This document shows, piece by piece, positions 21,769 through 31,624 of a stretch of 64,000 nt of DNA. Made by a program: the position numbers and the translations under genes. The first letter of the stretch is position 1, and the number at the start of each line of letters is the position of its first letter. Origin of the DNA: an uncultured delta proteobacterium (lineage in GTDB: Bacteria; Desulfobacterota; Zymogenia; Zymogenales; Zymogenaceae); assembly GCA_963792965.1 (NCBI GenBank), contig CAWBYW010000009.1, positions 128,001-192,000 on the forward strand, given 5' to 3'. The notes below the pieces were generated by a model. It had not been told where the DNA came from, did no database searches, and worked only from the letters and a program-made list of their open reading frames with translations.

Positions 21769-23082
21769 TCAATGATCTGATGGGGGGAATTCCTTTTCAG
21801 CAATTTTTTCATCCGATGTGTGCGTAGGGTGAGTGAGTCTTATAAATGATCCTGACATATAATTCCTCAGCATCTCACCGGCGGTTTGACCGTTTGCCTG
21901 GTATACCGTGATCATAAGATCCCGTGCCGTATGAAAGCTGATCTCCCCGATTTCCCGTACGAGAAGAGCGTCAATCCCCATACCTGCCGATTCTTGCGCT
22001 GCGGCAAGACCCGCCCGCACATCCTTTTTTAAAGCCGCGTTATTGTGTACGAAGGAGCTTTCTGTCTTTCTATCAAAGAGGTTTATGATGAGAAAAAAAG
22101 GTGCCCTTCCGAAATGGATGGATGCCTTTGATTCCAGTCCCTTGTTCTCGGATACGGGGATGAGCACCCGTTGTTTTCTTCCCCGATAAGGGTCAATGTG
22201 AATCATGAAATCAATTATCTTCGGAAATTTTTCTCTTATCTTTTCTGCTATCCCTTCACCAATTTCATGACCCTTTTCAATGGGGAGGGACCGTTCGATG
22301 CCGATTTCCGCCTCGCCGAGGAAAAACATCCCCGATCTTCGGACTCGCACCGATAACACCCCTTTGACACCGGGTACCCGCATGATCTCATCAGTAATCG
22401 AGGCAACCGTCGCTTCATCCAATCCGATATCTAACAGAGACAGTATTGACGACCATCCGATTCTCGCGCCCATCACGAGGATGAAGATAGACACGGCTAT
22501 TGTCGCACTACCCTCGACGTATGGAATCCCAAGATATGAGGAGACAAGGGCACACAAGACAATCAACGACGTGAGCACGTCGATAAGGTATTCGGTCGCG
22601 TTTGCCGTCAGGCTCTGGGAGTTGATCTGCCTGCCGACCTTTCGCGTCAAAACCGAAAGGATCAGTGAAACAACCCCCGCCCCAATCGCGGTGCCGAAGG
22701 CCAAAAACGGAAGGGAAAGGGGATGGGGGTGAAAGAGTGAACGCCATCCTTCGAAGATCAACCTTGTCCCGGTAGCCAGGATGATCATCGATACAGCCAG
22801 CGCCGTAAGGTTTTCGGCCTTATAGAGACCGAAGGGAAACCGCTCATCTGGCTTTCGTAAAGAGAGCCTCATCCCAAGCCAGGAGGCAGCGGCGGCCAGG
22901 AAATCGGCAAGAGAATGGACGGCCTCCGCCAGAAGGATCGATGACGAAGATAGATACGCGACTACCCCTTTTGCCAGTCCGAGAATAAGCGTGACCCACG
23001 CGGCGTTCTTCGCCGTCCGCTTTCCTCTTTCAACGCTTTCTGTGCGCCGATTTGTGCTCAGGCCGTTACTTTTTTGATCCAC
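21769..23082 (-). CDS. Cation diffusion facilitator fused to C-terminal NifB/NifX (COG1433) domain; start uncertain
   Basis: EAVHSLAD, PDERFPFGLYKAE, IHIDP; then HFGRAPFF, IGEISF. Confidence 0.85.
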   Translation of the reverse strand: MDQKSNGLSTNRRTESVERGKRTAKNAAWVTLILGLAKGVVAYLSSSSILLAEAVHSLADFLAAAASWLGMRLSLRKPDERFPFGLYKAENLTALAVSMIILATGTRLIFEGWRSLFHPHPLSLPFLAFGTAIGAGVVSLILSVLTRKVGRQINSQSLTANATEYLIDVLTSLIVLCALVSSYLGIPYVEGSATIAVSIFILVMGARIGWSSILSLLDIGLDEATVASITDEIMRVPGVKGVLSVRVRRSGMFFLGEAEIGIERSLPIEKGHEIGEGIAEKIREKFPKIIDFMIHIDPYRGRKQRVLIPVSENKGLESKASIHFGRAPFFLIINLFDRKTESSFVHNNAALKKDVRAGLAAAQESAGMGIDALLVREIGEISFHTARDLMITVYQANGQTAGEMLRNYMSGSFIRLTHPTHTSDEKIAEKEFPPSDH

Positions 23083-23314
23083 AGCACATTCCCGGCGTGC
23101 AGTCCCCGCGCGGCTCATCCGATCCGCAACAGCGGCCGGACGAAGCCCCGGTATCTTTCCGGCTCCCCATCGAAAAATTTGTCGACGACAGAAGCCGCTC
23201 GAAGCCCTTTCCCCCGCACTTTTTACACACGAGGGGGTCGCTCTTTTCTCCCATTCCGGTCAGGAACTCGCCGACCTGGCCGCACGCAAGACATCGATAC
23301 TCATGGATAGGCAT
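23066..23314 (-). CDS. FmdB-family zinc ribbon protein
   Basis: MPIHEYRCLACG...CKKCG...ERLLS, Cys-rich tail. Confidence 0.85.
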   Translation of the reverse strand: MPIHEYRCLACGQVGEFLTGMGEKSDPLVCKKCGGKGFERLLSSTNFSMGSRKDTGASSGRCCGSDEPRGDCTPGMCCGSKK

Positions 23315-23318
23315 TGCT

Positions 23319-24212
23319 TTATTCTCCTTGTTTCACATGACCGTTCAAACGTTTCTCTATTTCCCCGTATAGTGCGATGATTTCTTTTTTTACTTCCTCC
23401 GGCCCCCATTCGATGAGGCTTTTTCTCTTTCTCACCGCATCGATCACCCCCTCGTGATAGGGAATCTTCCCAACGACCGGGGCTCCCGCGCCTTCCGCCT
23501 CACGCGCGATCTTCTCAGACATATCCGTGTTTATATCAAACTTGTTGATAACAACCAGCGTAGGAACTTCAAAGTGGGCCGTCAAAGCGAGAATCCTATT
23601 CAGGTCGTGGGCACCGCTGACGGTCGGCTCCGTCACCGCCACGGCAAGGCTCGTCCCGGTGACGGAGGCGATAACCGGACACCCGATCCCCGGGGGGCCA
23701 TCGATGAGTATGGAGGAAAGGCCCCTTTCCTGTGCGATCTTCGCCGCGGCCTTCCTAACTTCACTGACAAGCCTTCCCGAGTTGTCCTCGGCGATGCCGA
23801 GCCGCGCGTAAACCATCGGCCCTACGTTCGTCTCAGATATATACAGTTCGCCCGATTTATGGGGAGTCATTGTGACGGCCAGCGGACCACATACCTGAAG
23901 ACAGGCCCCGCATCCCTCACAGTATTCCTCCCGAACATGTGGGTAACCCTCCGCATCAAAGACAAAAGCGTCAAACCGGCAGGTGTCCACGCACCGTCGG
24001 CACCGGGTGCATTTCTTCCCGTCGACGACCGCCCGCTCGCTTCCAAAAAAGTCCCGTGTCTCCCGTACCTCCGGTGAAAGGAGAAGGTGCAGATTAGCCG
24101 CGTCCACGTCTGTATCGCAGATGACCTTGTTTTCGAGAAGATGGGAGAGGGCGGCGCAAACCGTTGTCTTGCCGGTACCACCTTTTCCGCTGATTATCAC
24201 AATCTGTTCCAT
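23319..24212 (-). CDS. MinD-superfamily P-loop ATPase with ferredoxin insert (COG1149, Orp3/Orp4-like)
   Basis: SGKGGTGKTT, DTDVDAANL, two Fe-S motifs, NSGRLV, DGPPGIGCPV, VTEPT. Confidence 0.9.
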   Translation of the reverse strand: MEQIVIISGKGGTGKTTVCAALSHLLENKVICDTDVDAANLHLLLSPEVRETRDFFGSERAVVDGKKCTRCRRCVDTCRFDAFVFDAEGYPHVREEYCEGCGACLQVCGPLAVTMTPHKSGELYISETNVGPMVYARLGIAEDNSGRLVSEVRKAAAKIAQERGLSSILIDGPPGIGCPVIASVTGTSLAVAVTEPTVSGAHDLNRILALTAHFEVPTLVVINKFDINTDMSEKIAREAEGAGAPVVGKIPYHEGVIDAVRKRKSLIEWGPEEVKKEIIALYGEIEKRLNGHVKQGE

Positions 24213-24254
24213 TTTGTAATCACGTACCGTTCTGGGTGTGTCTACTTATTGTAT

Positions 24255-25961
24255 CTATTTCCTTTTTTCATACGGCCACAGCACGATCCCGCCATCGAGA
24301 AATTTCACGTCCTTGAAGCCGAGCCCTTCAAGGGTCTTGGCCGCCTCATAGCCTCTGAGGCTGATCTTACAGAAGGCGATGATCTCTTTATCCTTCGGGA
24401 GTGTATGGGCCTCCGTGCGAAGCTTGCCGAGGGGTATATGTACTACCTTGTCCGAGGGGAGCCGCCCCTGCTCGTCGAGCTCGGCGGGCATACGGACATC
24501 CAGAAATACGCAGTCCGTGCCCCGTTTGATTTTGTCCATCGCCTCCATCGGTGTAACGCTCTTGGCGGTCCCGTCCAGTTTGTTCCTCATGATGTTCGCG
24601 GCGGTAATGATATTATCCATCGCCGACGAATACGGAGGCGCATAGGCGAGATCGAGGTTAGCCACCTGGTCTACCGTAGCCCCAAAGCCGAGGGCCGTGG
24701 CCGCCACGTCGATACGTTTGTCAGCACCTCCGGGTCCGATGATCTGGGCGCCAAGGAGCTTGCGACTCTTTGTGTCGGCCACGAGCTTTATGGCGATGGT
24801 CTTGGCCCCCGGATAGAAATGTGCCTTGTCGGGCGAGGGGGAAAGGACAGTCTGAACATCAAAGCCCGCCTTCTTCGCCGCCGTCTCCGAGAGCCCTGTT
24901 GCGGCAGCAGTATAGTCAAAGACCTTAACGATGGCTGTCCCACAGACACCCCTAAATAGTTCGTTTCCCCCGGCCACATTTGTCCCGATTACACGCCCGT
25001 GCTTGTTAGCCGTCGAGCCCATGGGGATGTTGACGCGCTTTCCGTGCACAAGGCCAATCTGCTCCACACAGTCACCCCCGGCGTAGATATCGGGGTCCGA
25101 AGTCCGCATCTGTTCATCGATGAGGATACCGCCCAGATGCCCTATCTCAAGGCCGCTGTCTTTTGAGAGTTTTACGTTGGGTTTTATACCGACGGCAACG
25201 AGCACGAAATCGGCCGTGATCTCACCCTTGTCGGTAGCGACGCTTGCCACGTTGCCCTGACCGTCTCCGGTGATTTTTACGACCTTAGTATCGGTCATGA
25301 CAGCAACGCCTTTTTCTACCAGGTGTTTCGTCAGATACGCGCTCATCTCGCCGTCGAACAAACCCGGCAGGATTCGATCCATCATCTCGACGATGGTGAC
25401 CGAAAGACCTTTCTTGACGAGGGACTCGGTGACCTCCAGACCGATGAGGCCCCCGCCGATAACCACGGCCCTTTTCAGTCCCCCGCCGGCTATAGCCTGG
25501 TCTATCTTCAGCGCGTCTTCGACACACGCCTGGGAGCAGAGGGTAAAGATATTATTAGCCGAATCGCGCCCGGGGATATCCGGCAGGAACGGGGCACCGC
25601 CTGTGGCAAGCACCAGCTTATCATAGGGGATTTCGGAGTGCGATCCGTCGGCGGTTTTAACTACGTTCACGATCTTTTTCTTCCTGTCGATGGATTCGGC
25701 CAGGGTTCTGTTGAGGACAGCAATATCCTTGACGTTCTTGAAGAAAACTGTGTCTCTAACCACCCCCACCGGCGTCTCCATGAGTTGTTTCACGTCCTTA
25801 ACGTCACCCGAGAGAAAATAGGGAAGGCCGCACCCCGCATAGGAAAGGAGCTCACCCTTCTCAATAATGGTGATCTCGGCCTCTGGGTCGAGCCGTCTGG
25901 CCCGCGCGGCGGCCTTCGGCCCGCACGCAACACCACCGATGATGACAATCTTTTTTCCCAT
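24255..25961 (-). CDS. CoA-disulfide reductase-rhodanese fusion (NAD(P)H-dependent persulfide reductase-like)
   Basis: GGVACG, SYAGCGLPY, GGGLIGLE, DLAYAPPYS, rhodanese DVR...FCKISLRG. Confidence 0.9.
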   Translation of the reverse strand: MGKKIVIIGGVACGPKAAARARRLDPEAEITIIEKGELLSYAGCGLPYFLSGDVKDVKQLMETPVGVVRDTVFFKNVKDIAVLNRTLAESIDRKKKIVNVVKTADGSHSEIPYDKLVLATGGAPFLPDIPGRDSANNIFTLCSQACVEDALKIDQAIAGGGLKRAVVIGGGLIGLEVTESLVKKGLSVTIVEMMDRILPGLFDGEMSAYLTKHLVEKGVAVMTDTKVVKITGDGQGNVASVATDKGEITADFVLVAVGIKPNVKLSKDSGLEIGHLGGILIDEQMRTSDPDIYAGGDCVEQIGLVHGKRVNIPMGSTANKHGRVIGTNVAGGNELFRGVCGTAIVKVFDYTAAATGLSETAAKKAGFDVQTVLSPSPDKAHFYPGAKTIAIKLVADTKSRKLLGAQIIGPGGADKRIDVAATALGFGATVDQVANLDLAYAPPYSSAMDNIITAANIMRNKLDGTAKSVTPMEAMDKIKRGTDCVFLDVRMPAELDEQGRLPSDKVVHIPLGKLRTEAHTLPKDKEIIAFCKISLRGYEAAKTLEGLGFKDVKFLDGGIVLWPYEKRK

Positions 25962-25963
25962 GT

Positions 25964-26845
25964 CTATTCTCCTCTTTGATTGTTTATCGTCTTAAAAATC
26001 CGCTCAAACAATGCCTTCATGACCTCATCTTTCATGACCACGATTTCCCCTCGGGATATCATCTCGGCAACCTCCCTTTTCAGAGGGATCTCGCCGGTAA
26101 TGGTCAGGCTCTCAGCCGAGAGATAGCTCATGAGTTGTTCATCGACCCCCTGGGCGCGGTTGATGATGATGCCCAGGGGAAGCCCGAGGCTTCTCGTCAT
26201 GCTGACGGCAAGCTTCAGGTCCGAGAGACCGAACGGGGTCGGCTCGGTCACCAACACCACAAAGTCGCAGTCCTTCACCGCCTCGATGACAGGACACGAC
26301 GTCCCCGGCGACGCGTCGAGAATCGATATCCCCTTGGTGGAGGTTTTCTCTTTTACCGATCTCACCAGCGGGGTGGCCATGTGCTCGCCCACGTTGAGCA
26401 CGCCCGCGCGGTAGTCGATTTTGCGATCGAAAAACCCATTTTTACCGACGACTGCCGAGCCTGTTTCGATTACTCCAATCTCCCGGATAGACTCCTTCAC
26501 CGCCCCGTAGGGGCAGACGATCATGCAGGCGCCGCACCCGTGGCAGAGCTCGGGGAAGACGAGCACGTTTTTCTTGGTAACCAAGAGGGCATTGAAGCGG
26601 CACGCCTCGGCGCACCTGCCGCAGAGATCACACCGCGCCTCGTCAATGACCGGAACCATCACGACGGCCGATTCTTTTTTCTTAATCCGGGGTTTCAAGA
26701 AAAGGTGGCCGTCCGGCTCCTCCACGTCGCAATCGACATACTGCACATTGTTGAAAAATTCTCTTGCTACCACGGCGAGGTTAACCGCGACCGTGGTCTT
26801 TCCGGTCCCGCCTTTGCCGCTCGCCACCGCAATTCTCATAATCAT
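25964..26845 (-). CDS. Second COG1149 P-loop ATPase with ferredoxin insert
   Basis: SGKGGTGKTT, DCDVEEPD, CDLCGRC..CRF, CHGCGAC, DASPGTSCPV, VTEPTPFG. Confidence 0.9.
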   Translation of the reverse strand: MIMRIAVASGKGGTGKTTVAVNLAVVAREFFNNVQYVDCDVEEPDGHLFLKPRIKKKESAVVMVPVIDEARCDLCGRCAEACRFNALLVTKKNVLVFPELCHGCGACMIVCPYGAVKESIREIGVIETGSAVVGKNGFFDRKIDYRAGVLNVGEHMATPLVRSVKEKTSTKGISILDASPGTSCPVIEAVKDCDFVVLVTEPTPFGLSDLKLAVSMTRSLGLPLGIIINRAQGVDEQLMSYLSAESLTITGEIPLKREVAEMISRGEIVVMKDEVMKALFERIFKTINNQRGE

Positions 26846-27387
26846 TTTTCTCCACTTTTCTTAAGGCTTTTGCTCCGATACCCTCGCCGACCCCTCCTCT
26901 CGCTTTCCTGCGGATCAAGCCGTTCGGTCCATCCCCCCCGCGCTTCCTGAGGGATGTCGCATCCAGGGAGAAAGGGTTTTATATCCAGTAGGGGGGTCCC
27001 GTCCAGTATATCGACATCTTCGAGATAGAGTGTATTCCTCTCGCACCGGATGAGCCGGACAATGCTCAGGCCGATACCGTTGGGACGGCACGGATGTCGA
27101 GTCGCAAATAGACCCCGGGGGATGTCGTCCAGAAAGGGTTTGACCACGAGCGAGAAAGGCCCTGACTTGTGAAAGTAGTACAGGAGAAGCAGGTGTGAGA
27201 AACCCTCGATATCCTTGAGCCCCTCCGCGTATTCCGGGGCAAGCACAGCCGTGCCCGGGCATCCTCCGGCAAAAGCGGGTTGAATGGGCGTCTCCTCCGA
27301 CCGTATGTGTTCACTGTGAATGACCCCGATGGGAGTGAACACGATCTTCTTGCTGCGCATCCCGGTATCGCCCTGGACAGTGATCAT
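26842..27387 (-). CDS. tsaA: tRNA m6t6A37 methyltransferase TrmO/TsaA family
   Basis: PIG.IHS, GFSHL.LLY.FH, GLFATRHPCRPNGIGLS, DILDGTPLLDIKP. Confidence 0.85.
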   Translation of the reverse strand: MITVQGDTGMRSKKIVFTPIGVIHSEHIRSEETPIQPAFAGGCPGTAVLAPEYAEGLKDIEGFSHLLLLYYFHKSGPFSLVVKPFLDDIPRGLFATRHPCRPNGIGLSIVRLIRCERNTLYLEDVDILDGTPLLDIKPFLPGCDIPQEARGGWTERLDPQESERRGRRGYRSKSLKKSGEK

Positions 27388-27441
27388 TGCCTCCCTTTCT
27401 TTCTTATTTCTATGGTCTTCTGTCGACAATAAGAAACCCTC

Positions 27442-27816
27442 TCAAATCCGCTTCAATCCCGCGTGAGCCGCAGCAGTGGCGGATTCCAGCAGTCGGGCCT
27501 TATTTGCCCGGAATAAGTCGAGCGCCTCCTGAACAGTGGACGCAGAAACCCCATAGAGTTTCACCTCCCCCGCCGACAGCGCATCAAAGGCCTTTGGGCC
27601 GAAGTTCCCCGACACGACCGCCTCGGCCCCGGCGTTGATAACCGTCTGGGCCGCCCTGATCCCCGCCCCGCCGCCGGCATCGACCGCGTCATTTTTTATC
27701 GCTTTGAAACTACCGGGGTTATCGGCATCCACGACAATAAAGTACGCGCATCTGCCGAACCGCTCATCCATCTCGGAGGAAAGCAAGTTCCCCTTTGCCG
27801 TAATCGCAATCTTCAT
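27442..27816 (-). CDS. NifB/NifX-family (COG1433, orange-protein-like) protein
   Basis: MKIAIT, DERFGRCAYF, GGAGIRAAQ, GNFGPKAF. Confidence 0.9.
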   Translation of the reverse strand: MKIAITAKGNLLSSEMDERFGRCAYFIVVDADNPGSFKAIKNDAVDAGGGAGIRAAQTVINAGAEAVVSGNFGPKAFDALSAGEVKLYGVSASTVQEALDLFRANKARLLESATAAAHAGLKRI

Positions 27817-27826
27817 ATGTTCCCCC

Positions 27827-28063
27827 TCACTCCTTCATCATTGCCTTCCCGCAGCTGGGGCACGTCACCTGGTAGCAGGGCATGCCCCTCTGGTGGGCGA
27901 CTTTCGTCCCACACGCCGGGCAGACGCAGTTTCCGCCGGGACCGGAGCCGGGACGATTTCCCATACCTCTCCCGCGACCTCCACCGCCGCCTCCCCTCCC
28001 CATTCCACCGCCGGACCCGGAGCCTCCTCAGGATCCTCCCTGTCCTCTCCCACGCGCTATCAT
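27827..28063 (-). CDS. Small Gly/Arg-rich, Cys-rich protein with in-frame TGA at codon 12 (or restart at ATG 28003); not in ORF track
   Basis: MIARGRGQGGS*GGSGSGGGMGRGGGGGGRGRGMGNRPGSGPGGNCVCPACGTKVAHQRGMPCYQVTCPSCGKAMMKE*; RBS AAGGGAG. Confidence 0.75.
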
Positions 28064-28085
28064 CTGAGTCTCCCTTTTTATCTGT

Positions 28086-29039
28086 CTATGCCGAAAAGGT
28101 CATTTTCGTGCCGACCATATTCAGAAGAAACCGATCCGGCATGCGTCTTTCGATTTCTATTACTTCTTTCCTCCCCGTGCAGTGAGTCGGGATTATATAC
28201 GCCGGATCGGCATCGATTAGCCCCTCGATCGTCGGATTCACAACGGTGGGTGCATCCGCGCCGTTCAGATGAAAGCCTCCCATGACGGCATGGATCTTTG
28301 TTTGACCGGTCATCTCTCGTGCGTACCGGAGAGTATTGATAATCCCCGAATGGGCACACCCCGAGAGCACCACGAGACCCTTCCCCCTGAGGTTGAGGGC
28401 AATGGCAGAGTCGTCGATGATGTCATCCCAAAGCTCCTTGCCCTCCTTCTCATAACGGAAATCCTGCCCCACCTTTTCGAACGAGGTCTTACGAGGTACC
28501 TCTCCCAGAAAGAGAACCGCATCATCAAAAAGGGAATAGGGTTGGGTCGTCGCTGATAGAGAAAAGCCCGCGGCATCTACCCCCTCCTTGGTCAGAGGAG
28601 GAAAGAAGACCTTAAATTGCTCCGTGATCTTGAGGTAGCGAGGGTTTCTGAATGCCTCGGGATGGACGACGAGCGGTATCCCTTTTTTCCCGATTCTCTC
28701 CGCAAGTTCCTTCATACCACCCACGTGGTCAAGATGGCCGTGGGAGATGACGCACGCCTCGACCTTCGAAAGATCGACGCCGAGGGCGTCGGCGTTGAAG
28801 GCCGCCCCGTGGGCGGAAAAACCGAAATCGAACAGGATGCTTTTTGACTCACCATTACTGGTTATGGTAACGACAGAGGAAAATCCGTGTTCGGCCAGAA
28901 TCGAGTTCTTTACCTGCATGTCCTTGAGAGGCATCGCCCGGAGCACTACCTCGGTATTATCGCGAGAAACCAGGTCGACGTAGTTGTCCTGGAGGGTGAG
29001 AATCTCGACCTTGTCGACCTCTCTGAGGACTTTTTTCAT
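28086..29039 (-). CDS. MBL-fold metallo-hydrolase (COG1237-like)
   Basis: AEHGFS, LFDFG, SHGHLDHVGG, GCAHSG, GGFHL, PTHCTG. Confidence 0.9.
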   Translation of the reverse strand: MKKVLREVDKVEILTLQDNYVDLVSRDNTEVVLRAMPLKDMQVKNSILAEHGFSSVVTITSNGESKSILFDFGFSAHGAAFNADALGVDLSKVEACVISHGHLDHVGGMKELAERIGKKGIPLVVHPEAFRNPRYLKITEQFKVFFPPLTKEGVDAAGFSLSATTQPYSLFDDAVLFLGEVPRKTSFEKVGQDFRYEKEGKELWDDIIDDSAIALNLRGKGLVVLSGCAHSGIINTLRYAREMTGQTKIHAVMGGFHLNGADAPTVVNPTIEGLIDADPAYIIPTHCTGRKEVIEIERRMPDRFLLNMVGTKMTFSA

Positions 29040-29107
29040 GATGTTCCTCCACACGTGAGTAGAAATAGAATCAATAATGAGCGGGGTGCTTTCCCCTCAT
29101 CCCATTA

Positions 29108-29485
29108 TCATCCTTCACACCCGTCATGGTGGTCGTGGGCGCACGGAGTGGTTCCCTTGATCCTCCCTTCAAGATAGGCGGTGAGGATATCCCCCACCCG
29201 ACCGGCATAACCTGTCACCACCTCGATCCCCATCTCATCGAAGAGGTCTATCGCCCGGGGTCCCATGCCCCCGGCGATGATGACGTTGGCGCCGGTGGAC
29301 TTGATGAACTCGGGCATGACGCCGGGCTGGTGATTACCGAAGTGGGGATTCGATACGGCCTTGACCGTCTTGACGGAATCGCCGTCAACGGACACAAGGG
29401 TGTAATAGGGACACCTGCCGAAATGGGCGGAGAGCTCCCCGTCAAGCATCTTCTCGGTCTCGGATGCAAGAGCGATATTCTTCAT
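29108..29485 (-). CDS. NifB/NifX-family protein with His/Cys-rich tail
   Basis: SAHFGRCPYY, NPH..HQPG, GGMGPRA, tail PCAHDHHDGC. Confidence 0.9.
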   Translation of the reverse strand: MKNIALASETEKMLDGELSAHFGRCPYYTLVSVDGDSVKTVKAVSNPHFGNHQPGVMPEFIKSTGANVIIAGGMGPRAIDLFDEMGIEVVTGYAGRVGDILTAYLEGRIKGTTPCAHDHHDGCEG

Positions 29486-29489
29486 TGTG

Positions 29490-30401
29490 TCAATCTCCTT
29501 TTTTTTCGGAAGTCTTTTTTTGTAATGGTTGTAGCTCCCGAAGAATGTTATCAACGATCGGAAGAAAAGATATTGCGGCTGTGGACCCTTTCGCGTCGAT
29601 TACGAACGGCCTTCCCTCGTCACCTCCGACAATGACCCCGGGATCCAGCGGAATCCTCCCCAGGAAGGGGACCTCCATTTCACTTGCCGCGCGCTCTCCG
29701 CCGCCCTTTTTGAAGAGATCGATCTCGTTGCCGCAGTGCGGACAGGTGAAACCGCTCATGTTCTCGACAATCCCGAGCACCGGGACCCCCAATTTCAGGG
29801 AAAAATTGACCGACTTGCGGCTGTCCAACAGCGCCACGTCCTGGGGGGTGGTGACGATGATGGAGCCGTCCGCATCGCCGATAAGTTGCGCCACGGAGAG
29901 CGGTTCGTCGCCCGTGCCGGGCGGCAGGTCCACGATCAGATAATCAAGGTCGCCCCAATTGACCTCCCCCAGGAATTGTCTGATGACCCCATGCTTCATC
30001 GCCCCCCTCCAAATTACCGGGGTGTCGGGGCTTTCCAACAGATACGCCATGGAAATCACCGTCAGGTTATCCATGACAGGAATTGGGGCAATCCCTTCGG
30101 GAGAACCGAGGAGCCTCCGATCCTCCACACCAAGCATTTTGGGAATGTTAGGTCCGTGAAGATCGGCGTCCAACAGGCCGGTTCGATATCCCTTTTGGGC
30201 CAGGGAGACCGCCAGATTGGCGGCGACCGTGGATTTGCCGACGCCGCCCTTGCCGCTCATTACCATGATTTTCTTAGCGATGCGCGAAAGGCGTGCTTTA
30301 AGGATCTCTTCGGTATGCCGTTCCTTTTCCTGAGATTCACATTGTTGCTCTGAACCACACGAGGAGCATGCGGCATCTTTGTCACATTCTTTTTGTTCCA
30401 A
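29490..30401 (-). CDS. Mrp/ApbC/NBP35 Fe-S carrier ATPase
   Basis: [39 protein letters not shown]; N-terminal Cys motif. Confidence 0.92.
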   Translation of the reverse strand: MEQKECDKDAACSSCGSEQQCESQEKERHTEEILKARLSRIAKKIMVMSGKGGVGKSTVAANLAVSLAQKGYRTGLLDADLHGPNIPKMLGVEDRRLLGSPEGIAPIPVMDNLTVISMAYLLESPDTPVIWRGAMKHGVIRQFLGEVNWGDLDYLIVDLPPGTGDEPLSVAQLIGDADGSIIVTTPQDVALLDSRKSVNFSLKLGVPVLGIVENMSGFTCPHCGNEIDLFKKGGGERAASEMEVPFLGRIPLDPGVIVGGDEGRPFVIDAKGSTAAISFLPIVDNILRELQPLQKKTSEKKGD

Positions 30402-30571
30402 ACTCTCACCTCATAATCGTATTTCAATAAAAGGAAAATGCCTGGTATAAATGAAATTGATGAACAGCATGCCGCTTCTATATTTACGCTGTTGACGAAA
30501 ATGAGTCTTTTTCAAACCTTCAACCCTTTGCGGGGAGTAGGGGGGATCGGTCCCCCGTACTCATGATGCAC

Positions 30572-30952
30572 TCACTTCTCTTTCTCTGAAAGGTCTGAGA
30601 GCCTTCTTTCCATCGTCTCGATCCGCGACTTCAGCGCACCGATAGTACCCTCAATGGCGGTTCTTTCCTCTTCCGGACTCAGCGAGGGAGAAGGGACGGA
30701 GTCAGGATAGTTTGGAAACGAATCGTAGCCCCGTCCGCGTCCTCCTCCCCGCCGCCACGCCATTCCCATCCCGGACCCGGGCATCGCCCTTCCCCGACCC
30801 CGGGCAAGCCCGAGGCCGCCGGAAAAGAATCTACCAACGGCTCCAGAGACCGAGTTCATGAATCCAGGTGCGTCGAAGCCCGAGCAGTATCCCATTCCCC
30901 TTCCGGTGCGCGGCCCCATTCCCTGGGGACCGGTTCTGTCTCCTCTCGGCAT
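30572..30952 (-). CDS. DUF5320-family protein
   Basis: MPRGDRTGPQGMGPRTGRGMGYC, Gly/Arg-rich middle, C-terminal coiled coil. Confidence 0.85.
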   Translation of the reverse strand: MPRGDRTGPQGMGPRTGRGMGYCSGFDAPGFMNSVSGAVGRFFSGGLGLARGRGRAMPGSGMGMAWRRGGGRGRGYDSFPNYPDSVPSPSLSPEEERTAIEGTIGALKSRIETMERRLSDLSEKEK

Positions 30953-30972
30953 ATCAATACCTCCTTTCAGTG

Positions 30973-31374
30973 CTACGGATTGTTATTGTCTTCCGTACCC
31001 CTCCATCTCCTGCGTCTGCACCCGACTCCTCTGCCCATGCACGGGATGGACATCTCGTCGAGTGTGCCTCGGATGAGCGCCTCCACCGCGCATACCGCGT
31101 CGCCGGCTATCCGGGAATAGACGGTAACTCCGAGGTTTGTCATGCTCTGCCACGTAATCACGTCAATTGCCGAGCAGATAAAAACGTCCACGCCCTCATT
31201 TTTCAGCCAGTGGGCCATCTGGAGCGGATGGATCCCGATAAGGCGGACAATCTCCTCGTTGATAATTCGGGTATCCGACACGGTCACAAAGAGCATCCTC
31301 TGGGCTGTATCGAACCGAGGCGCGATACGTTTTTCCAGAAGAGGAACGGCAATTCGATAAGTGGCTCCATCCAT
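30973..31374 (-). CDS. Divergent NifB/NifX-family protein
   Basis: RIAVP...RIAPRFDTA, GVDVFICSAI, tail CMGRG.GCRRRRWRG. Confidence 0.75.
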   Translation of the reverse strand: MDGATYRIAVPLLEKRIAPRFDTAQRMLFVTVSDTRIINEEIVRLIGIHPLQMAHWLKNEGVDVFICSAIDVITWQSMTNLGVTVYSRIAGDAVCAVEALIRGTLDEMSIPCMGRGVGCRRRRWRGTEDNNNP

Positions 31375-31387
31375 ACTACTAATAGAT

Positions 31388-31404
31388 TGCAACAGTCGTG
31401 CCAA
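31388..31404 (-). promoter_or_regulatory. Sigma54 -24/-12 promoter of the orp-like operon
   Basis: Minus strand TTGGCACGACTGTTGCA, near-perfect consensus. Confidence 0.85.
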
Positions 31405-31441
31405 TCACCAGGCAGAGATACATGTCTGAAAATAGCAGTCA

Positions 31442-31552
31442 ATTCAACATATTAGAAACATGATCAACGCCGGGAATTGTGGCGAACGGGATGGCGAGAA
31501 ATACGGTTTCATAAATGCAATCATTTGAGAGCAGACAATTGCAGAAATGATA
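31442..31552. promoter_or_regulatory. IHF site and two putative activator (UAS) boxes upstream of the sigma54 promoter
   Basis: ATTCAACATATTA (31442-31454); TTTCA-N4-TGCAA (31507-31520) and TTGCA-N4-TGATA (31539-31552), 32 bp apart. Confidence 0.55.
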
Positions 31553-31624
31553 CTATTTGACTTGTCTTAAGCAGGCCAATGATTGTAGGAAACGAGTAGG
31601 TTTGACGATACCAGTCCAGGATTA

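Noticed and set aside
28028-28030. Alternative genetic code (TGA=Gly) or selenocysteine in island 1
   Set aside because: Neighbouring island genes end normally in TGA, and the codon lies in a Gly run rather than at a Cys position
30460-30475. Second sigma54 promoter before the Mrp gene
   Set aside because: Minus-strand CGGCATGCTGTTCAT lacks the -12 GC
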